Assembly: GCA_040954595.2 (NCBI GenBank) | Contig: CM082576.2 | Location: 8,497,129 to 8,561,128, forward strand | Direction: 5' to 3' | Length of the DNA: 64,000 bases | Source: Balanoglossus misakiensis | Taxonomy: Eukaryota; Animalia; Hemichordata | In this document: positions 12,810-25,200 of the stretch, in pieces | Layout of the letters: the number at the start of each line of letters is the position of its first letter | Numbering within the stretch: the stretch's first letter is position 1 | Notes under the pieces: model-generated | Database searches by the model: none | What the model was told of the DNA's origin: nothing | Seen by the model: the letters and a program-made list of their open reading frames with translations, nothing else | Translations under genes and position numbers: made by a program

Positions 12810-15800
12810 CTCATTGTGTAAGTCATTTTTATTTGTAACATAATTTACCATAAACATAACGCTATACTTGTTAAATATTTTTTTCTACACATAAATAATA
12901 TGGTTGTCAAACGGGTAACGAATTGGGAAAACAAAGCATTATGTCAAATTTTGTAAATGTACACATTATGAAGTCATCCTCATTGTTTGGGATGAGAAAA
13001 GAAACAGGCTGGTTAAGTCAAAAACAAGAGACGAAACAAAGTTAAAACAAATCAATGTCACACAAGGCGTGGTTGTCGTAACTATCAAAATATCCAATTC
13101 TTTTATACACAGTTAATGACCTCCGTCTATTCGAAACAGTGATGACCTGACTCAGGACTGGTTTCCATGACGACTGATGGTCAGCAAAGTTTTCGTACCA
13201 AGTGGTACAGTGACCACCCCGGCAATCAATTTCATTGCGAGTTGTTTGATATGGGAGTTTGTTCTGGTATATGAAGATATAAAATGTATTGCGCTAAACT
13301 GTTGCCATTTGCACCTATCTCAAACCAAGGTAAGAGAGGATCCCCAGTCCGCTTATACATGTACTCTTACCATTTCACCAACAAACATAAAAACTTACAT
13401 TTAGAAATAATTTCAATGATAACTTTGCAATCAAATCATAATGGTGTATATCAAACATTACCCCCCCCCCCCCTTCCCCAAATTGCAAAGAAAACCTGAC
13501 GTCAAAAATTTGATAATTAAATATTACTACTTCCATAATGTACATTATTATGTCTCTTTTTTTTCAAGGATTAGGTTGGAGGCACCTGATTACAACATCA
13601 GCAAAAGGCGAGTACATTGTAATTCTGAACATTGCTGAAGTCAAAACTTTCCACAGAGATGGGGGGAAGGTGATTATCCTGGGTGGGGAAATTGATCCCA
13701 GGAAAAGATCAAATCCGCCAGTTAAGAAAAAAGCATTTCATGGTGCGTGTGTTGGCAAGGTCACGTTGGAATAATGGGTCTTTCTCTACACTGAAGGACA
13801 TGGAAATCTCCCTTGACCATGAACAAAATCCAACTGAATATCTTTATTGCTGGAAAGCACGACAGAAAAAAACAACACCGCACGGCATGCGGATCTTCAG
13901 TATACGAAACAGCATGGTGAACAGAAGGGGAAAGTTTTTTCCCCCCTTCCGAAAGCCAACCTCGCCGTGTCGCATGGCGCATTGACGGCGATTATGCGCG
14001 TGTACCAAATGGGGGATGAAATGGAGCTTCATAAAAAATGTAAATAGCTTCAAGTGCCATTAAACACAACACTAGAACAGTTCATTAAACATTAAGCGAG
14101 CAACTTATAAAAACATATGTGTGCTTCCTCTGTTAGTGTCACTGGTACATATGTGTGTGTCTGTGTGTGTGCGTGCCTGCATTGGGATGTGTTTTGTCGT
14201 CCTGGTCAATGTTGTGTACGCAAACGGTTAATAATAATAGTTTATACCATAAACTCGGTTAGGCTGTATAATTTCATAGGGTATTTGAATTGGCACTTGT
14301 GTGTCCAAAAGAAGCAGATCAGCTGAGGGTCTCCTGTGTGGTTTCGTGTATTACTTTAAACCAACCAAAATCTGTGGCAGGTGTTCCAGTAAGTGAACAT
14401 CCACCGGCAATTGAAGCATATTGTATTATTTGATTATGCTGGCAGTCTTATTACTATCTCTTGCCCTAAGTTGAGGGCCGTCTTTTAGTGTATGGATATT
14501 CCAGTCTGAGAGTTCTGGTTTTAAAAAAACAGCCCCTTTGCCTTCCCCCCAACATTTGTGGAGTGAGGATGGGGGGGGGGGGGGGGGGGTGTGTGTGCGC
14601 TGTGACACTGACAGTGACTCGTCAAAATGAAGCCGAGGGCTATGTTCATATGTGCCTTTTAGAAGCATAGCTGGAACATGGCAATTTTGGGAGCACATAG
14701 TATTGACCCTAACAAGTGTATGAAACTAAAGTTGGCAGTGGTCATGCGCAAACATGATAACGCAATTTTTTTTCCTGCAGTAGTCAAAACAAGCAAATAA
14801 ATACGTGTTCCGAATCACAGACTACGTTTCCAAATCTCTGCGCACACATGAGGCGCAGGCCTGCTGTTTCCCTTTTCTCAATCTCCATCCCAGAGTGACT
14901 TCTCTTTTCAAAACCGTTCAATGCGGAGCAAAAGTTAAGCGCGCGGTTTGTTTGCAGAAATGCACTGGCCAGCGCTATTAGTTTCAGTGGGTAAACTTTG
15001 GAATCAATGGCAAGCGGAGGGTCGGTTGTTGGCAGGTCTCTATTCGGCAGGAGTATGTAAAGCTGGATGTTAGAGAGAAGCCCTTGGGGGGCAAAAAATG
15101 GCTGCGTTGTATGTATGTATGTATGCATGTGTGTGTGTGTGTGTAGCTAGCTTGCGTCCACTCCCACCATTGACAACAAGCCCCCTCTTTTCAGGTTCTG
15201 TTTACAGTGGCCCCCTGAATGGGTATAAACTCTCCTGTGCCTGTTAAGCACACACGGTATTGTGGCGCGACACAAAACAAGGGCGGGAGGATGTTACAGT
15301 CGGCACAGCAGTGGGTGCAGGGATTGCAATCGCAGCATCAACACACGTTTACAAAACCCACGCACCCCGGCAGAATTGAAATCCCCCATCGTGTTTACTT
15401 ACTGGGTCGGTGGGAAAACAAAGGAGGGAGGGGAGGGGAGGGGAGGGTGGCAGAGAGAGATAAGAAACCTGATTTCATTACGAGTGGATAAGCTCAATGG
15501 TAATTATTACCAAGAACTGACAGAGGCAGGCAGACAGACAGACTGACAGACAGACAGACAGAAAGATAGATTGAGACCGCGGCAGACAGAAATGTAAACT
15601 CATAAGAAGCACATGAGGGCATTATGTTTCCTCCCACCTTGATATACATTTCATGCAATTAAGCAACATAATCTCGGTTAGTGTACTCAACATTATTAAA
15701 CTTCGACAAAGGCATCAATTTATCTATCGGCCACTGTAAGTTCAAAGTTAACACGACATAAATTAATAATGTACATTTATCTGCATCATCCGACTTGGTC

Positions 15801-16190
15801 AGACGAGAAAATGCCCCAAAATCTCGGAGAGAGTCCAAGCAAAACTTCGGGGTACGATGCTATCTGAAACTAAAAAAAAATTGTTTCTAAACTATGAAAA
15901 AAAAGCCTTCAGATGACGTTCTATGTGAAGAATTTCGAATTTGAATAAAACAAAACTGGAGAAGCGTGGTCGATCGCCACGCCTGGTACATTCTGTATAA
16001 CACAGATACAAAAATTAGTTGAAAGACGAGCAATGCTTGAGTTGCAATACGTTCAATGTGATGGACTCAAGATGGTGCAGTGTCTTCTGGTGTCATCTGT
16101 TTCCTTTCTTTCATCGTGGGCAGAAGGGATGAATTGCACTGGCAGGAATCTCTGGAAAACCGACGTAGCAGAACAAGATCCCCCCTGCTA
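12810..16190 (-). other. EHBP1: Candidate long 3' UTR of EHBP1 with poly(A) signals AATAAA at 13843-13848 and 12828-12833
   Basis: Non-coding sequence after the stop; minus-strand AATAAA hexamers; composition shifts to CpG-rich left of about 12.5 kb. Confidence 0.45.
15522..15570. repeat. (CAGA)n microsatellite in the candidate 3' UTR
   Basis: caggcagacagacagactgacagacagacagacagaaagataga. Confidence 0.85.
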
Positions 16191-16272
16191 CTACTGAAGA
16201 ATACATTTCTCCTGTTTGTGCTTGACGCCTCTGCTGACTGCGCTCTCCAGATGCTCGTACTCTTCCACGGCC
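16191..16272 (-). CDS. EHBP1: EHBP1 coding exon 22 (terminal; CaaX prenylation motif CILQ)
   Basis: taacag|[30 protein letters not shown], followed by a second in-frame TAG. Confidence 0.95.
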
Positions 16273-19200
16273 CTGTTATAAAAAAAGGGAATAAAAAGAG
16301 GCAGCGGTTGCAGATAAGTGGATTTCCGAAAAAGGGGGGAGGGAAGAGGAGAATAGGAGGCAAATCCCAGCACAGGGGAGGACAAAAAAATATTACCATG
16401 CAATTCCTACACACCATATAGTGAGAAGTCACTTTGGTGCCAATGGAAACTGAGTGGTCACAGACACAGCCCAGTTGCCAGCCACTGGATCAAATCGAAT
16501 GGAACAGCACACACTTTTTTATCAAAGGGCGACCACAGTAGACATGGAAGCTGTGGTCACTGAGAGGGTCCTTCATTGCATGTCACGTCGTTAACATCTA
16601 CAGGCTTGTGAATCACCTGCCTCCTCAAGGAGGCATTCACTGGCACTTTCTTTTTCTTTTCCCTTTTTAAAAATCTGAGCCGAGACAAGCATGCTTTATT
16701 GCAAGGGCTTTACAGAAAAACAATGTCAAGTTCCGGTGAAGAAAAAAAACACAGAAAAAAAATGACTCACGCTCGCTCCTGCTCATCAAGTGTCTGCACC
16801 AACTCATCCCGCTTGTTGACCAGGATCACCAGTTCCTCCAGGAGAAGCTGTTCTCGTTTTCGCTCCGCATCCGTCTTCTGCCACTCTGAGCGGGCGGGAA
16901 AGAAAAAGAAAAAAGATGCCAAGTCAGAAGCATGTTTGAGGAAGTAATCAAGGTCGCACCGAGAAGACGCAGGAGGGAAAAAACGCCAAGATTAAACAGA
17001 AATCTCCTATCGGTTGTGGGGGCGAGTCCTGTGGGGGCAGGAACTGAAGCGACTGATCAAAACAACGAATTTAATCCATGATTAAAATGTAAAAAATAAA
17101 ACGCAAGGATTGGATCGCCCTTGTGTGACTGTATTGTTATTCACCATGACATTGACATTAGCGGGCACATATGACACACACATGATACACACACACACAC
17201 TCAGACACTAAATAGCAAACACATTCGCGGCCACACTTCAAGGCGACATCGCCAACAATCGGAAAGTGAGAAAATTAAAAGCCACTTTGCAGCCTTGATG
17301 TGTCACTCGTTAACAAAGACTTTGCAAAGTCCTTTGTTTTTCACAGGACTGAGGCTTGTTAGAACACTAGGGATGTCTTGTGTGTCAAACAAACTACATG
17401 AGCAGCTTAATTTACACAGACTCGTCAATGAGGGGTCTCTCTCTTTCAAAGAGCGCCCGTGCACTGCGGCATAAATACAAGAATGGTCAGATTGCGCATT
17501 TCACTTTCATATTTCAGAAAAGAGTGTGGCTTGTGCACTCATAAAGTGTCGGCCGAAAAAAAAAAAAAAAAATTCACAGGTTGGACCTGCACCGGAAAGT
17601 GCATCAAAAACTGGCTCATTGTTGGTGGGCCCTGTTCCGAAACAAAGGGACGGTAATTAAGTGTACTCCGTGGTAGGAAGTTTTAATTAGACATTTTACA
17701 AGTCTGCGTTATTTGTGTGGGCCCTGTGATGAGTTATTCAACTCAGCAGCATAGAATTACAAAATTTATGTGCAAACAAAACATAAAATCTTGACAAGTT
17801 ATTCCAAGAACAACAGTAACAACCAATGAAATAGCAGCCTTTTGTGCGAAAACAAACGGCTACTGCACCGAGGATAAAGAATGTACACGATAAAAATACT
17901 TTAAGTGTGCCAAAGTCACGCATGAGTTCAAATCATTCTGTGAAAGGAAGGCATTTCACCTTGGTAAATAAAACACTGTTATTTGGTTTCCGGGGAAGAA
18001 AGGGGGGGGGGTTGTTGTTGAAATTAGGATACCATGGTCGCAAAGTTACTCGTGAAACTTTGGATCCAATGGAATCAAAGTTTTATAGAAAACTTCTGGA
18101 AAGGTGGGAAGACCCTGGTCATCATACAAATGGTCCGAACCTCATGTCCTGCTTAATTGAAATAAAAAGAGGGACAATGATTTGTTTGACTAAAATAAAC
18201 AAATATAACAGGAATTTAATTTTGCCGGGCAGGTGATAAACACCTCTACACGGAGCGCTAAGCTGTTGTAAGTGTTGTGGGTGCAAAGTGTATGCGACGC
18301 ATTTAACACTGCGTTAATCTGATCACTTTGAAATCAGGTTGACTAATGTAGTACCTTCTATAGACATTATCTTCCGCAGTTCCCGATTCAAGAGGTCAAA
18401 ACGCAACTCCAAGTCCTGTTCTTGCTCTCTGTTGGGCAACGGAACAAAAAGAAAGTAAGTAAAACAACGCAAGAGAGGTTTCTGGGTAAGTGTGTTCTAA
18501 TTCATGAAAGGTCTTACTCGACTGCAATGCACATTTTCTGCTCTCGGTGATTTCTGTCCAATTTTTCTGACTCAAACTGACTGAAATAAAAAACAAACAC
18601 TGCAAGCTTGAAGAAAATCAAGACTTTCCGTCCATATATCTCATCAATTATTGCTGTGGTTGACGATATTTTCAGTTCGAACACTTTTACCCCTGCCTTG
18701 TTTTATCCTCACCGACTTCATTTTGTTTTCTCTGACTACTGACGTGTATATATATATTTTTTATTCCGCCGAAACGCAGAGTCACAAGTCAAAAGCTCTC
18801 TCCGCAGATAAAACTCAAAATAAATGGAGTACATCCTGGATAAGGATAAGACAGGACTCGGGGTGAAGAGTAAGTAAGTAAGCAAGTAAAAAAAAATAAC
18901 AAATCTTACAATATATTTAACTGCTCTTGTCTTCGGATAAGAGCATTTTTCTTGTTAACAAGGGTAAACCACTCCTGCATTAAATCCGCATCCTCTCTTC
19001 TGCCTGTGGGGCACACAGGAGCAAAAAAAAAAATTCAACAACAAACGCATCATATGTACAGCCTACTTGCTGACAGGTGAAACATGATCGTCCCTATTTT
19101 CTTATCTCTGAGGAGGGGGAGGGGGAAGCAACTGGCAACCTGCTACAAAGTATTAAGCTCGGTGATACTTAAACTTTAATTGTGCTTAATCTCCCGGTTG

Positions 19201-22200
19201 TAATATTTTCTGACCGTTACGGGGCATGTGCGCAGATTTTTGTACGTCGCACATTTTGCCTGTTTAGCATCCGATTCTCTGGCAATGTCCCGGGGGACCT
19301 ATGTGCACTGATCATGGGATGCATTACGATAATCCAGTTTCTGTGTCTCCACTTTTTTCTCTCTCTCTACTCCTCTGGACACGTTTGAATGTTAATCCCC
19401 ACACATATTTCTGACGACAGAATGAGCACACGAAACTGCTGTTTTCACTCGATTGGGCTAGGAGCTGTTGAACACAAATGTCAACTCGCATCCGAGACAA
19501 ATTCAACGATTGCTATCTCCCTTCTGAAAAAAAAATCCTCTTTCGAAAACACAGCACATAGTGGTGAAACATGACAGAGTTATGTTGCACATATCTTGAT
19601 TTAACATCAATAAGTCTATGAAGAGATAAAAAAATAAAAAAGGTGGCTACCTTCATTCATGCATTTCCTGAGTTCCTTTTCTACCCGAGCTGCTCTCTTA
19701 TCAATCTGTCTCTGTTCCCTTTCCAAAGCTGCCAGCTCACCAAGAACATATTCACTGGCATCCATCAACTCCTAAGGAGCAGCACAAGAGTCAGACAACG
19801 AAAGTGAAAGAGAGAGAGGAAAAACAAATCAGAATAATTTTATTGCAGCAAGTTTCAATGCATAGCATATTATTACCCTTGGTTGGCTACATATTTGGAT
19901 TCTCAATTGATTTGATACACATGCCAGCCTGCTTTGGGATTGCCTTTTTTTTTCCTTCTCCCCTTTATGCCAGTACTACATTGAAAAAAAAAAAGTTAAT
20001 ATCATGTTACATTACCTCCTGTTCACCTCCGTCAGAATCAGAATCTGATAACTCTGATCTGTCCACCGACCTGTCGCTTTCCTTGCGCCGCTCTCGTTTC
20101 TCGCCGGTCGCCACGTCATCTCCAGCGGAGATCTTCTCCTCTGAAAGCACAGAGTGAGACAATATTAGATGTGAGTTGTGTGCAGTGAGAGGAACCGAGC
20201 GGTGGTGCGGGGGACGGATCAATGTCGCTTGCTGTACTAAGGTTTGCGACCGGAATTGAAATCGCGCCGCAAATGCTCATTTGGCCACAGCGGCGTGAAA
20301 TCTGGCGTAAAGCAAAAAAATCTAGCGCGCTTAAGAAAGTGGTTCTGTCATTCTGTCATCTTGTCATTCAAGGTGAAAAAAGAGAAACGATGACACTCAA
20401 TATTTTACCAAATGGAAAAGTTCACATCGGGCAACTTCGGGAGATTTCAGTGTGAGAACGTTGTACGTGTGTGCGAAACATTTGTGTGTGCGTGCGTGCG
20501 TTGCACGTGCGGGTTGACAGCTGACGCATCAACTGCAAAGCTGTTCCGGTCGAAAAACTATACACGTGGCCTTCACTGTGACCATATCCCATTGAAAAGC
20601 AATGTCAACGGCCAATGCTCACAGCAATTACGGTGGAGAAAAACAACCACTCTCAACATATGGTGCTCAAACACAGCCGCGCGAGATTTTCCTCCCATAT
20701 TTATTATTCATACATCATTTTTTTTTTCAATGGCAACGTAAATATTTCAACCGACCGAAATAACATGTTTTGCCGTGAAGAGGTCATCTAAAAATGTCAG
20801 TGCAGTTGGAAAAATAGCATCTCAATAAATTTACGCTGGGCACAGCTTTAGTTTATTTCCCCATTTGTTGATTAATGACACTACTAAACAGACTATTTTA
20901 TACGTTGCACTGCTTTGCAAGAGCAATATTAAAGTAATAAGATTGATATTTTTACTGGCAGGCAAATTTTTTTTCCTTTTTGCCCATCACTTCATCAGAG
21001 GGACTATTCATTTTCTGGACATTTTTTATCCTTGAAAGTTTACGAGCAATCAACCGCGAAGAAAGGGATATGGCTGCCGATATGACATTAATTAGTAGGC
21101 GATGATCTGTTTTTATACCACTGACAAGGTGTCTTTTGTGTGTGTGTGCGAGTTACATGCATGTACAGGTCATCCACGTGTGTTGAACTTTATGTGAGCA
21201 CCTAACCACGTTGTCCATGTCAACTGATACACTACTAACTATAGATAAAGTGTTCCAAATTTTTGCGCAGGCTGGGTTTCCCGTCCCCGCATATGTGAGG
21301 TGTTAGGTTTTACTCTGTGTGTTTTTCTCTGGGCTGCGTATGTGTGTGTGGCAGAGATGATGAAGCGGTCACATCTGCCTGGGTCGCTGAACCCAGCCCC
21401 CTTTTTAGGGATGGGTGCGTTGGCTCGGTGGTGTTTGTCTCCTGTTTGCCGTGCTACACGATGCTGCGGGCGCGAATGAGTCTGTTTTCTGAGTTTGTTG
21501 ATGCGGTTGAGCGTCAGAGATGCCGTGAATAACAGGAGCGGCGTTCAGTGCATAACATTCTCTGGCGCGGCCCACAATGCGGAACGCCGCACTTCTACAG
21601 ATGAGGTTTTAATCTGCTCTCATCTTTAGATCCTCCACAATTTTATAGGTCAGGGCCCTGCCATCTGATTCTCAACACTAAAATCCCCTTTTTATTATGT
21701 TTATGAATTTATGAATTTCGCATACACGCTCGGCAGAAAGGCATGAATGCAGTCCAGCTTTTCCAATTTAGCGGTCGATTTTCAGATTCCTAACGCAAAA
21801 TCTGCCTATTATGACCGGGCAGGGAATATAATCATTTACAGTAGAGTAACAATCGTCAATGGACGTTGGACGTATGAATAAGTCATGTGGGTAATCTGAA
21901 ACAGACATTCCTTGTCACTTATCACTTGTGATTGTAATATGATTCACTCTCGATTTCATTACCACTTCATAAAACAGAATTAACCCCAAACACATGGTGT
22001 GTGAGGACGGCCGTGATGAGATGAAACGAGACGAGATGAGATGAGAGGCAAGGTGACGTGAGGAGGTTTGCCGTTTACCCGACAAGTGCACATGGCACAA
22101 GAACGATGGTGGAAATGCAATCTGTCAAAGGGACAGCTGTGCTGAACGACACGTGTATAATGACTCACATATAGACAGACAGACAGACAGACACACACAC

Positions 22201-25200
22201 ACACACAATCTCTCACACACATTCTAAGGTCCACCTGGAATTAACGCAGCAATCATGTGCAGTGACATTTCATTTTCACAATGTAAAGCTACGGTATACC
22301 TAAGCATGATTTACTCAAATGAAAACTGATATCATTATATCTTGGTAATACCTCTTTGGTATAAAAAGTGTTCAAACAGTTACTAAACAAGCAAACTTTT
22401 CTTGCTTCTGTAGCATTTAAAAACATATTTTTCTAAAGAAAACAAACAAAATAACATTTTCAGAAACAAATTTAAAATCTTTCGTTGGTTGATGCCTTCG
22501 CAGTACCAGGTCCTGAATAACAGAGGATGACTTGGCCAGTGTATTGTTTAGTCAGTTCTACTCTGGACCTGATGCTAATTTTATAAACAACAATGTTGAA
22601 TAAAATAATTTTTTTTCAGGTATGGATCACCAGAGACATACTCACTCTTCTTCAAAGTTGCCTGCGGCACAAAGTCTTTAAATGATACAAGCTGCGTTCG
22701 TTTTGTAAATGATGATGGTGTTGTCGCTTTCCCTGTACTGCCCTGTAAAAAGAAAAACACCACTTAATATAGTGTCAGCGATCACAGATGAATTTTTTTT
22801 CTATTTTGGCTCTGTGCGTGTATTTTGATTCGGTCCAAGATATTTTTATTCATTTTCTGACCGGTGAGGTTAAAACAGTGAAGACACAACAATGAAAACT
22901 TAATAAAAAACAACTTACAGTCGGACTAACAGGAGAAGATATGGACGACACAGGACTGGAAGGTCCTGATGCCAGCGAAGGTTTGGTCAGTTGGACAGTG
23001 GTCAGTTTCACTTCTGCACCACCGGGACTTGTCGGTGAGCTTGCATTGGAACCTACAATATCAAGCGTCACAGACAAAACTGAATCAAAAAACAAGAATG
23101 CAATGGTAAAAATGTGTTTTGGTTACAAAAGCTGACAAATAAAGAAAAAACAGACATGAGAAGTCATGAAATAAACAGATAGGGAAATTATAAGTTTTTT
23201 TTAAAATTACGACTATGACTGCCATACAACTATCACAGTAGCATGTGTTTTGAAAACTAGACGTAAACATCCTCATAACACAAGATTGTTTGACAATGCT
23301 CGAGGGTGTTCGAGTAACCGTGAAAGATGATTTCTAATATCCAAGTTCAGTCTCTCAATCTCATCAGGTCTGACTCCTCAAACATGACAGTCACGGACAA
23401 TGACCAACATTTCACATTTTTCAAAATATCTCAAAAAAAAAGATGAACTCTTTTTGCAAGCCATACAGATTATGAAAATGAGTCTTTCACACAAAGAATG
23501 TACACACACACATACACACACCGTAACAATCTGTTAGTAGCTTGGCGCGTACACACACACACGCACACACACACCAAACAAAAGGTACACAGCCCGAGGG
23601 CGAGAAGAGAAGCAAATGGTGAAAGGCAACGGTGATAACATTTCACCCTGGTGCCACAAGAGCCGAACAGACAGGATGAATAGAAATGAGAGGCACACGC
23701 AGTAAATGATGCAGAAAGCAAAGGGAGACAGACGCTGCCGCATAAACAAGATAAAAAAGCCATATCAGCAATGCAACATCTCGGACGGTGAATAACATGC
23801 AAGATAAACATCATCCCGATTCTCCGGCAGAATAACAGAATTCAAGCATCTTCAAGAATGGAATCATAATGGAATAGAAAATTAATCAAACTGAATAGAA
23901 TACTGGGGAAAAAATGAAATTCAAAGGGTCGGGCAAGCATGTATTATAAATGTCCCTGACATTTGTTTGTCATATTTTGAGAAGAAAAAATCCCGAAAAT
24001 ACTTTGCTCGATACCAAATGTGGTATTCTTTGTGTGACTGTCTGTTGTTGGTACAGTCAGTATGGTGTGTTTGGTTTCCTTTCTCAGCAAGAAAGTTCCC
24101 AACGCAGAGAGGAGAATGTTTCTTCAAGACAAGTAATTTTAGGCATACTGCCCTGTTACACTGTACTTACTCTCGTGGGTACAAAGAAAGACAAAAACTT
24201 GGAATATTTTTCTAGGATATATTTTGTATTTTCAAAGAGAAAGGTAGTCAGTTTATTTTTAAAGGGTGAAACTATGGGATCTAGTGATGACATGCAAATG
24301 TGAATAAAAAAGGGATGGTGCATTTTATTACTAGTCAACACACATGCACACGTGTTACAGTGAAGCACATGCTTGTTATTTTCTCATCAGTTCTGAAATT
24401 ACTGTGAGTCAATGTGTGGACACCTACCTGTGTGTGTGCATGTGTGTGTGGGGGTTGGGGGTGGGGGTGGGGTGAACACAGTCACCCATTCCTGATCATG
24501 GAACACTATGATATTCTGGCGGATAAAGTAACATGGGGCATAATGGCCCATTTTTGAGTCCACTGTCATTCTGCTATGATTTTAACTGTCCATTGTTGTG
24601 ACAATGGAGGGATGATGAGCATCTTGTTTCCCATGGCTGACACACTTGATCAATTTCACCGAACAATGGCATTTGTTCTAGCGGAAGCAAAAAAAATAAC
24701 GTCCCACCATTGTTACATATTTTGGTGGTATTTTGTTCCTTCGGGATGGACGGACGGATGGATGGATGGTGGCCGTATTGTTAGTTCAGAAGACTAGTGC
24801 GAAATGTTAAAAAAAAAAACACAAGAAAGGAGAAAAAGAAAAAAAAAGCACTCCAATCCATTAGTGTGCATGCAACAGTTACGTTCTTACCAAACTGGTA
24901 GAACTGAAATCCCACTCCTGTATTTGAATAGAGAATGGATGCCAAAGACACCATGCCAGAATGAAAGAGACGAAGAAAAAAAATGACATTGGTTAGACAG
25001 CCATCGAGGAAGTGTCATTTTCTGTGCAAGCTAGCTAGATACATGAATTTTGTAAAGGTATGCTGGATTGCCAGGAAGGGGTTGTGGTTGGTACACTGCA
25101 TTCTGTCTTACGTGTAAAAAAATGTTTTACCATTAAAAGATGCCAGACATACATGTTGTTATCATCAGTCATTTACGAATGAAATCAGCTAATTAGCCAA

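Noticed and set aside
21240-21545. About 100-codon stop-free minus-strand frame in the intron between exons 16 and 17
   Set aside because: No convincing splice-site pair and no protein-like similarity.
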